Virus record (IMG/VR): IMGVR_UViG_3300032322_002907
From: an uncultured virus (IMG/VR IMGVR_UViG_3300032322_002907)
Taxonomy: Duplodnaviria; Heunggongvirae; Uroviricota; Caudoviricetes
Length of the DNA stretch: 64,000 bases
Strand: one strand, 5' to 3'
Shown here piece by piece: positions 56,566 to 64,000 of this stretch. Position 1 is the first letter of the stretch. Each line of letters begins with the position of its first letter. The notes below the pieces were generated by a model. It was not told the origin of the DNA. It was given only the letters and a program-made list of their open reading frames with translations, and did not search any database. Both the position numbers and the translations under genes were made by a program.

Positions 56566-57465
56566 CTATTGCTTATCCACAGATTCAATAATCTTATTTA
56601 CATCGAACAACTTTATATCTTCTGTGAATGGGTATTCATGTTCATTTCCATTGAAGTCAAAGTCAAATAGATAACTTCCAGGAAGTTTAAAGTCATACGG
56701 AATTTCTGTGCAAATATTATCGTGCATATCGTAACCAAACACCTTGGGGCTTGTTCCATTCCATAGGACAGTTGATTTTCTATTCATAGCAGCAGCGGCG
56801 TGTTGCAAACTTGAATCGATTAAAATTCTTTTTTTCGCATGAAGCAGTATAGTGAAAAATTCCATCAAACTTAATGCTTGTTGAGGGGTGGCAAAAATGT
56901 GCTCTGCTCCATCAAGTTTAGGTGAATTGAATTTTGTTACCTGATAGATGTGATAATCATTTTTGTAGTGATTAATAAGCTCCTGAGCAATATCGGTAGG
57001 CATGTCACGTGTCCATGCATAAGGTTTCGCATCAGTCGCCATCAATCCCCCATTCGTATGAATTAACATTAGAGGTTTCTTTCTTTGCCAGAAAGTTTTT
57101 GACAAATCGAATTGCAACTTATTAAATTTAATAGTAGGCATCTCATTATCGTACTTTAACCCATACATCTCACACCAATTGGGAATAAGCCGTTTTCTTT
57201 TGTGAATATGGTTGGTAGTAAAGTAAGGTTCATGATGAAAGAGAATAGAATCTTTATCTTGAACATACCTTTGATAGAAGTAACTGGTGTTACCCAACGT
57301 GTAAACACGCTCGACAAAGTTTAGATTGATAAACAAGTCGGGATAAGCACAAACTACGATTAGTTTTCTATCTGGGTAGTTGTTCTTAATGCAACGAGCA
57401 ACTGCTGTCGCTGCAACATGTTTACCTATTCCCCCTTGGAGGTGAAAGATTGCATATTTACTCAT
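56566..57465 (-). CDS. GT9-like (GT-B) glycosyltransferase
   Basis: GGIGK, IDSSLQHAAAA...VLW.GT.P..FGY. Confidence 0.7.
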   Translation of the reverse strand: MSKYAIFHLQGGIGKHVAATAVARCIKNNYPDRKLIVVCAYPDLFINLNFVERVYTLGNTSYFYQRYVQDKDSILFHHEPYFTTNHIHKRKRLIPNWCEMYGLKYDNEMPTIKFNKLQFDLSKTFWQRKKPLMLIHTNGGLMATDAKPYAWTRDMPTDIAQELINHYKNDYHIYQVTKFNSPKLDGAEHIFATPQQALSLMEFFTILLHAKKRILIDSSLQHAAAAMNRKSTVLWNGTSPKVFGYDMHDNICTEIPYDFKLPGSYLFDFDFNGNEHEYPFTEDIKLFDVNKIIESVDKQ

Positions 57466-58187
57466 AATTTCCTCACTGTGTTTTGTACAATATCCCAATT
57501 TCTTCCGTTAAAGAAATGGTTGTAGCGGTATACATTCAAAGTATCAAGATCAATTCTTTTTTGAACACTTTGCTTTATATCTTCTGATACGATTGTTTTA
57601 GAAACTACTCCATGTATTTTGCTTGTTTTTAACGTGTAAATATTCTTACACCGTTGAATTAGATAATCATCGCCATACCATATTTGGTATAAACTTGGTA
57701 TGACACGATACGATGATCTTTTCACAAACATGCATACACCATAAGCAAAACTCTGCCCACCAATAGGTTGTGACTTATTTACGTTTAAGCGAATAAGTTC
57801 TTCTTTTCTATCAGGGTGATGTGTGATGTGATAGTTTGTAATACCATCCTTTAGATGCACACCGATTATATCAATTTCAGAAAAATTTAAATTTTGCATA
57901 AACTCAAAAACACCATCTTCAACATATATATCATCATTTAAAAGATTGATTACATCTGCTTTTGAGCGATAGTATCCTTCATTCCATGCAGGATTCACAT
58001 AAATGTTCTTACCGTAATTGACTAAGGTCAATTTTTCATGTTTGATTAAATCTTTTGGGCGCTTGATGTAGTCATTGTCGATTACAATGATCTTATTGAT
58101 GAACTTGCACTCACAATACTTTTTTAAAGCATCGGGAAAGTTTTCATCTCGCCACATTGTGGGAATAATCACATCAATTTTATTCAT
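57462..58187 (-). CDS. GT2-like glycosyltransferase
   Basis: VIIPT, IIVIDN, PAWNEG, LLNDD, WYGDD. Confidence 0.78.
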   Translation of the reverse strand: MNKIDVIIPTMWRDENFPDALKKYCECKFINKIIVIDNDYIKRPKDLIKHEKLTLVNYGKNIYVNPAWNEGYYRSKADVINLLNDDIYVEDGVFEFMQNLNFSEIDIIGVHLKDGITNYHITHHPDRKEELIRLNVNKSQPIGGQSFAYGVCMFVKRSSYRVIPSLYQIWYGDDYLIQRCKNIYTLKTSKIHGVVSKTIVSEDIKQSVQKRIDLDTLNVYRYNHFFNGRNWDIVQNTVRKL

Positions 58188-59142
58188 ATTTAGATAAGTT
58201 TATAATTGAGCCATGAGATAAATTAATTGCACTTTCAATTGCGTTTGCGACAAGATTGGGTGACTCTGCTGCAGTAAAGAAATATTTACAAGGCAAGTTT
58301 TTTATATGGTAAGGATAGCAGTCACTCACATTATGACTCATTGCAACGAAAATCTTGTTAGCATTATTTATATTCTCCTTTACATGAGTGAACATGAAAG
58401 GGCCTGAATTCTTTCCCATGATAGTGTCGCAATATGTTGACAAGTACGTTATCTCATTTAAGTCACACTCTATGTTGAATATATCAGATGTAAAGTGTAT
58501 ATTGTTTAATTTTGTTTCAAATTTTTCTGTGCAAATGAAAGTGTCAGCCGAATAAGTTTTAGCTAAATGTTCTATGATGGAGGCAAGGTTACCTAATTCG
58601 CTTTGCATACTACGAACTTTTCCATTACAAATCAAATGTTTTTTTCCTTTATGTTCTTGCAAGAAGCTATCAGCGGATTTGATTTCATAAACACTCCAAT
58701 TCACTTTTGGAACGTAAACTAAAGGATTGTCATCAAGTATTATATCACACCCATGGTTCTTATTTAAATAGTCGACTACAAAAGTATAAATTTTATGTAA
58801 TGACAAGTAATTGGCATGACCCTCTCCAGGAAGGTTTACTATAAACTCTTTGTGGTCGCTCATTCGTGTTTGATTTTGATAAAAGTACGCCCCCACCCAT
58901 GTGTTAATATAGATGGTTTCATCTGTTTCAAAAATCTTATTGTAGTTTAGCTGTTCGACTTGCCATTTTTTCAGATCAGGCTTAAATTGTGTGCGAATCA
59001 GATCACTAACAATTTTCGAATTGCATACGTGATAATACCCGAACTTTACATCAGGGAGCGAGTCTTTAATATGTTTAAGGTAACCTCGACCCGAAAAAAC
59101 GTCGCCGTTATGCCACAGATTGTAAAATAGAATGTTTTTCAT
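58180..59142 (-). CDS. putative GT-B-like protein
   Basis: HNGD N-terminal motif, IMGKNSGP; context. Confidence 0.5.
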   Translation of the reverse strand: MKNILFYNLWHNGDVFSGRGYLKHIKDSLPDVKFGYYHVCNSKIVSDLIRTQFKPDLKKWQVEQLNYNKIFETDETIYINTWVGAYFYQNQTRMSDHKEFIVNLPGEGHANYLSLHKIYTFVVDYLNKNHGCDIILDDNPLVYVPKVNWSVYEIKSADSFLQEHKGKKHLICNGKVRSMQSELGNLASIIEHLAKTYSADTFICTEKFETKLNNIHFTSDIFNIECDLNEITYLSTYCDTIMGKNSGPFMFTHVKENINNANKIFVAMSHNVSDCYPYHIKNLPCKYFFTAAESPNLVANAIESAINLSHGSIINLSKYE

Positions 59143-59779
59143 TATAATCTTTTTCAAAATTACCTTTGTACATTTTAACACCCAAATGTGCTACCGTGTG
59201 TTTGGGGTTAACCCAAATTTCATAACCTAACTCTTTAATTTTTCTTGAGAGTGTAATATCTTCACCGATGAAGGAATCATTCCGAACAGAAAACTCACAA
59301 ATGTTTTTTAGTATTTTACCTCGAAAGGCTATTTCAGGATTTGATTCCCATAAGTCAGTTAATACTTTTCGGGATAGCTTTACAAACCCGGTTCCCACTT
59401 TTTGAACATTTATATATCCATCCTTTGGATCTACTTTACTATTCTCTGATAGATAGACATTATACTCTATCGTTTTGTCACCCTTATTAACAACCGGAAC
59501 AGCAACGACATCCTTCGGGGACTTAAGAATTTCAATGAGAATATTTGGGCTCCAGTATTCATCATCATCAATGAATACCATGTGGTCATACCCTTGAGTA
59601 TATGCAAGATTGAACAATTCGTTTCTTGCCATGGGAAGAATTGATTCGTTAGACAAGAAGACTGCGTTAATCGCAAGATCTTCTTTCAATCCCAATTTGA
59701 TTGATTCACATAAACTATGAACATAATATGCATCAACTTTACCATATAAGCATGGTGTGGCTATTAAAACACGTTTCAT
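59108..59779 (-). CDS. GT-A-like glycosyltransferase (same family as 39843-40670)
   Basis: IATPCLYG, ESILPMARN, FIDDD, GTGF, GEDI. Confidence 0.7.
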   Translation of the reverse strand: MKRVLIATPCLYGKVDAYYVHSLCESIKLGLKEDLAINAVFLSNESILPMARNELFNLAYTQGYDHMVFIDDDEYWSPNILIEILKSPKDVVAVPVVNKGDKTIEYNVYLSENSKVDPKDGYINVQKVGTGFVKLSRKVLTDLWESNPEIAFRGKILKNICEFSVRNDSFIGEDITLSRKIKELGYEIWVNPKHTVAHLGVKMYKGNFEKDYNEKHSILQSVA

Positions 59780-59790
59780 GATAACTCCAT

Positions 59791-60108
59791 TTAATCTCGA
59801 ATATTTAGAACCTCAAGTCGAGCTTTTTTACAAAGATCTGATCCGGGTTGGAATCTTATGCAAACAGGAGGCCTAAACTCATAAACACTACAGTTTACAC
59901 TTTCTCCCACGGTACCTTCAAGGGCAACGCACCGCCTTGATTCACCAACTTGCCGTAACGAATATCCGCCAGGTTGGATCGGTGAAACTATTAAATATTT
60001 TTTTAGTCTTTCATCAATTAAGTTAACTTCATTTGCAAGAACGGGGATGTTGAAATGTTTAACACAACATGCCCCGCACTTTACACAATCATATTTATTA
60101 TCGGTCAT
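59791..60108 (-). CDS. YkgJ-family CxxCxxCC metal/Fe-S protein
   Basis: CVKCGACC...RCVAL...CSVYEFRPPVC..F. Confidence 0.85.
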   Translation of the reverse strand: MTDNKYDCVKCGACCVKHFNIPVLANEVNLIDERLKKYLIVSPIQPGGYSLRQVGESRRCVALEGTVGESVNCSVYEFRPPVCIRFQPGSDLCKKARLEVLNIRD

Positions 60109-63100
60109 TTATTCTCTAAAGCTTCTATTCTAGCTTTCAACCCCTCAAGTTCAGCGGACAATTCTTTCACGGCATTGACCAGAATAGGTACAAGATAATC
60201 AGAAGTCATTTGCAACTTATCAGGATTTTCATCACTTATAATTACTTTCTCATCTCCTTCAAGTTCAATCAACTCCTGTGCACTAAAACCATAACGTTTT
60301 TTGTTTTCAGGATCGGTTATTTCATTTGTTTCACGATTCTTGAATGCATACGCAATTGGTGTAACATTAGCCAAGAATCCACGACCATGCGGTACAGGTC
60401 CGAATATGCATTTATCACGAATATCTGAAACTGTTGTCCATGCAATTTGAATTTGAGCGCAAGCATGTGCATTATTACCCATAACAATACGGTTGCTTTC
60501 AGTTGTGAGATTTGCTAACCCCGCCGCGCCTGCACCCGCTGTAAAACCTAAGAGAATGTTATTACTACCTGAGTTTACGCAACGACCTGCGAGAGAACCT
60601 AGAAAAAGATTACAAAATCCGGTCGAAAGATAAACACCTGCTCGGCATCCGATAGAAATATTATATTTTCCTGAGGAATTTTGCATACCTGCACAAAATC
60701 CTGCGAAGAAATTGTAGCAACCTGTCGTATTGCTAAAACCCGCACAGCAACCTGCAAAGAAATTATGACAGCCAAACGTATTAGAAAAGCCCGTCGACTT
60801 GCCAATGAAAACATTATTCGCGCCAGTTGTACTATTCTGTCCGGCACATTCGCCAATGAAAACATTGTGAGATCCGGAAGTATTGTTCACTCCAGCTTGA
60901 AACCCAAAGAAAACATTACTTTGCCCACTTGAATTATTAAAACCCGCGTAATATCCTATTAAAATGTTATGACTACCAGTAGCGCTGTTAAACCCTGCAC
61001 ATTGGCCTGCAATAAAATTACATCTTCCTGTTGTATTTTTAAATCCTGCATATTGACCTAAGAAAATATTATAACACCCTGTTGTATTGCATCTCCCCGC
61101 AAAAAATCCCAAGAACATATTACCAGCTGCTGTTGTATTTGCTGCGCCAGAGCATCTTCCTATAAAAATGTTATGATTTGCAGTTGTGCTACAGAACCCA
61201 GCAAAACAACCTGCAAAGAAATTGCCACATCCTCTTGTATTATTAAATCCGGCACACAGGCCAGCAAAGAAATTATACTTACCAAATGTTGTATATCTAC
61301 CCGCACCACAGCCAATAAAGGTGTTATGACAACCAGTGCTTGTAATTGCACATGCATCAACTACAAAGAAGTTCTTTTGTGCTGTTAATGAAGCACCCCC
61401 TGCTAGCAAAGTACCGTTAACATACATTCCTGTATTATTAACTTTTATCCTTTGACAACGACCAGCTGTTATTACAAGTAAATTGTTAGCGCTAACAGCC
61501 GTCTCATAAGTTCCTATAATAGTATTACAACAGCCCGCAACACACATTCCTGCACTAGCTCCAAGATATAAGTTAAACTGACCCGAAGCTGATGCGAACC
61601 GACCTGCCATAAAGCCTATATGGACATTGTTGACCCCATCTGTGTTACAGCTCCCTGCATAACTTCCAATAAAGGTATTAGTACTGCCTGAAGTAGTCGC
61701 AAATCCTGCACATGTGCCTAAAAATTGATTACCAGTTCCACACCCTAGATTAAATCCTGCACAAAAGCCGGCAACGAAATTTCGTAGCGGACCTACTAAA
61801 GTACCTTTTCCTATGTCTACTGTAGTAGAACAATATCCCGCACAAGCACCCAAGAAAATATTAAAACAACCTACTTGATTTCCCCAACCGGCACTTCTTC
61901 CTAAAAATAAATTATCGCATCCATATATTGTGCATCTTCCCGCTAAACATCCAATAAATGTATTATGACACCCTGTAGCCGTTAATGCACAAGCGTTTCC
62001 ATTTACAACAAAATCCCCGGTTGCATCTATTGATGCTCCTGCAAGCAAACTGCCATTTACATACAATCCTGCGTTATTAGCTCTGAGGCGTGAACATGTC
62101 CCTGCGTTTATTATCACTTCGAAGCTGACTGCAGTATTACCTCCATCAGCACCTGTTCCAATGAAGGTATTATTACATCCATTATTACTCCATCCGGCAC
62201 ATCTTCCTAGGAAAGTATTATTGTTGCCAGTATTGCATTGGCCAGCCCTAAACCCTAAGAAAGTATTGTAACATCCAGCATGTGAGGCTCCGCTACCTGC
62301 GTAAGCCCCCACAATTGTATTTTGTGTATTATTAGTACCTCGTCTACCCGCATTTTGTCCTATATGAACATTGTTAGAGCCATTTACATATTCACCTGCA
62401 GAGTTTCCAATATTAACAGTGTATGCGCCTGTAGATGCCCTGCCTGCATAAAATCCCAAGAAGATATTACATTGAGATGCATTATTTCTACCTGCATGAG
62501 AGCCTATAAAAATATTGCAACCAAGCCCTGTAGTTATACAACATCCTGCATATGCACCTAAAACAATATTATCGCTAGATCTAAGACCAAAGCCTGCACA
62601 TCTGCCTATTGCAATATTATTCAATCCTTGAATATTGGTAAATCCTGCACACATCCCAGCAAAGAAATTATAATCACCTGTTGATGTACAACGCCCCGCA
62701 CCTGATCCTATAAAAGTATTATGACATGCACCTGCTCCTAGTGCACAAGCATCTACAACGACAAAGTTCTTTTGAGCAGTTAATGATGCTCCTCCAGCAA
62801 ATAGAGCTCCGTTTACATATAATCCTGTGCTATTAACACGTAGACGCTCAGAAGTTCCTGCAGCAATTAAGACCGTATTAGTCATTGCAGAAGAAGTTCC
62901 GAAAACAGAACCTATAATAGTATTATTACCTCCAGTTGTTAAACAACACCCGGCGTATCTTCCGATGAAAATATTGTCTGTACCGGTTGTGTTACAAAAC
63001 CCTGCACGTGTTCCAATAAAGGTATTAAAACATATATCAGAAGCACAGAAGCCCGCCTGGGTACCAATGAATACATTACATGACCCTCCGTTTATACAGT

Positions 63101-64000
63101 AGCCTGCACATGTTCCAGCGATAATATTTCTATTCCCAGAAAAAGTACGAAAAGCTGCACGACGACCAATCAGAATATTATCTGTTGATAGCGCAAAGGA
63201 ACATCCAACTTCATAACCTATTAGAATATTACAACAACCTGCAGCGTTTCTGGCAGCGAATGCCCCTATACTAATTGACGCTTCGTTTTGACCATAACAA
63301 CCTGCAAATTGCCCAACCGAAACAGAATAATTTCCTGTACTGCGCTGGCCCGCGTATCTACCTATAAAAACTTGTCCACATGCACCCCCTGCACACAAGC
63401 CTGCCCCAAATCCCAGGTGTGTATTATAACAACCTGATGTAATACCGAATCCTGCGGACTGTCCAATAGAAGTATTTCTGCTACCAAAGGTTGTTGACCG
63501 GCCCGCACCTCTACCAACATATACATTGTTTATTCCTGTTGTTAATCTGCATCCGGCAAAACACCCTATTGCAACATGGCCCTCTCCGGTTGTGATACAC
63601 ATCCCTGCATAATATCCTAAAAATGTATTGTAACTACCTGTTGTATTAAATCTTCCTGCCCATCTACCTAAATATATGTTATGACTTGCTGTTGTGGCAC
63701 AAAAACCCGCACATTGTCCTGCATAAAAATTATACTTACCAAAAGTGGTATAACGTCCCGCTAGACATCCAATAAACGTATTGTGACAACCAGTTGCAGT
63801 TAATGCACAAGTGCCCCCATTGATTACTAAATCTCCAGTTGCATCTATTGATGCGCCCCCTGCAAATAATGAACCATTAACATATAATCCAGCATTGTTA
63901 ACTTTAATTCTTTCACATGAACCTGCACCAATCATAACCGTATGAGTAACTGTTGCATTAGCACCTAAAACTGATCCGATAATAGTATTATCAGTGCCAA
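60105..64000 (-). CDS. large Cys/Gly/Asn-rich beta-helical fibre with C-terminal intramolecular chaperone (S74-like); 5' end outside window
   Basis: 14-aa repeats (N-x-F-x-G-x-x-A-G); SDIRDK...YGFSAQE...LVPILVNAVKEL; frame stays open to window end. Confidence 0.85.
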   Translation of the reverse strand, partial: GTDNTIIGSVLGANATVTHTVMIGAGSCERIKVNNAGLYVNGSLFAGGASIDATGDLVINGGTCALTATGCHNTFIGCLAGRYTTFGKYNFYAGQCAGFCATTASHNIYLGRWAGRFNTTGSYNTFLGYYAGMCITTGEGHVAIGCFAGCRLTTGINNVYVGRGAGRSTTFGSRNTSIGQSAGFGITSGCYNTHLGFGAGLCAGGACGQVFIGRYAGQRSTGNYSVSVGQFAGCYGQNEASISIGAFAARNAAGCCNILIGYEVGCSFALSTDNILIGRRAAFRTFSGNRNIIAGTCAGYCINGGSCNVFIGTQAGFCASDICFNTFIGTRAGFCNTTGTDNIFIGRYAGCCLTTGGNNTIIGSVFGTSSAMTNTVLIAAGTSERLRVNSTGLYVNGALFAGGASLTAQKNFVVVDACALGAGACHNTFIGSGAGRCTSTGDYNFFAGMCAGFTNIQGLNNIAIGRCAGFGLRSSDNIVLGAYAGCCITTGLGCNIFIGSHAGRNNASQCNIFLGFYAGRASTGAYTVNIGNSAGEYVNGSNNVHIGQNAGRRGTNNTQNTIVGAYAGSGASHAGCYNTFLGFRAGQCNTGNNNTFLGRCAGWSNNGCNNTFIGTGADGGNTAVSFEVIINAGTCSRLRANNAGLYVNGSLLAGASIDATGDFVVNGNACALTATGCHNTFIGCLAGRCTIYGCDNLFLGRSAGWGNQVGCFNIFLGACAGYCSTTVDIGKGTLVGPLRNFVAGFCAGFNLGCGTGNQFLGTCAGFATTSGSTNTFIGSYAGSCNTDGVNNVHIGFMAGRFASASGQFNLYLGASAGMCVAGCCNTIIGTYETAVSANNLLVITAGRCQRIKVNNTGMYVNGTLLAGGASLTAQKNFFVVDACAITSTGCHNTFIGCGAGRYTTFGKYNFFAGLCAGFNNTRGCGNFFAGCFAGFCSTTANHNIFIGRCSGAANTTAAGNMFLGFFAGRCNTTGCYNIFLGQYAGFKNTTGRCNFIAGQCAGFNSATGSHNILIGYYAGFNNSSGQSNVFFGFQAGVNNTSGSHNVFIGECAGQNSTTGANNVFIGKSTGFSNTFGCHNFFAGCCAGFSNTTGCYNFFAGFCAGMQNSSGKYNISIGCRAGVYLSTGFCNLFLGSLAGRCVNSGSNNILLGFTAGAGAAGLANLTTESNRIVMGNNAHACAQIQIAWTTVSDIRDKCIFGPVPHGRGFLANVTPIAYAFKNRETNEITDPENKKRYGFSAQELIELEGDEKVIISDENPDKLQMTSDYLVPILVNAVKELSAELEGLKARIEALENK

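Noticed and set aside
60105..64000. Diversity-generating retroelement acting on the fibre
   Set aside because: No reverse transcriptase in the window; repeats are diverged protein modules, not an adenine-specific TR/VR pair.
1..64000. Stop-codon reassignment or suppressor tRNA
   Set aside because: Core genes are intact under the standard code, and no tRNA has a CTA, TTA or TCA anticodon.

Overview
Window from a large T4-like tailed phage genome, AT-rich and almost entirely coding. Spanins and a GH19 endolysin imply a Gram-negative host. From left to right: (1) a plus-strand lysis cassette behind a T4-type late promoter; everything after ~3.3 kb is on the minus strand. (2) A cluster of 22 tRNA genes interleaved with a P-loop kinase, rubredoxin/rubrerythrin and several unexplained structured RNAs. 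These include a ~600-nt array built from six alternating-orientation copies of a 17-nt element and an aberrant long-variable-arm tRNA(UAU). (3) hsp20, regA and gp62/44/45. (4) An ~11-kb nucleotide-sugar/glycosyltransferase island (Gmd, Fcl, ColD-type, RmlB, VioA-type, GT10). (5) A MoxR ATPase + vWA pair, peptide deformylase and gp46/47. (6) A 7-deazaguanine DNA-modification cluster (queE, folE, dpdA, queF, queC, Ntn-amidotransferase, queD). (7) gp55, uvsW, uvsY and the T4 head/tail block gp3, 23, 22, 21, 67, 20-13. (8) A sulfation/glycosylation cassette directly downstream of a Cys-rich beta-helical fibre gene that runs off the window end. The best novelty candidates are the interlocking inverted-repeat ncRNA array (8098-8698), the fibre-linked sulfation/glycosylation cassette and the tRNA(UAU). 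All calls come from reading motifs by eye; no database searches were run.
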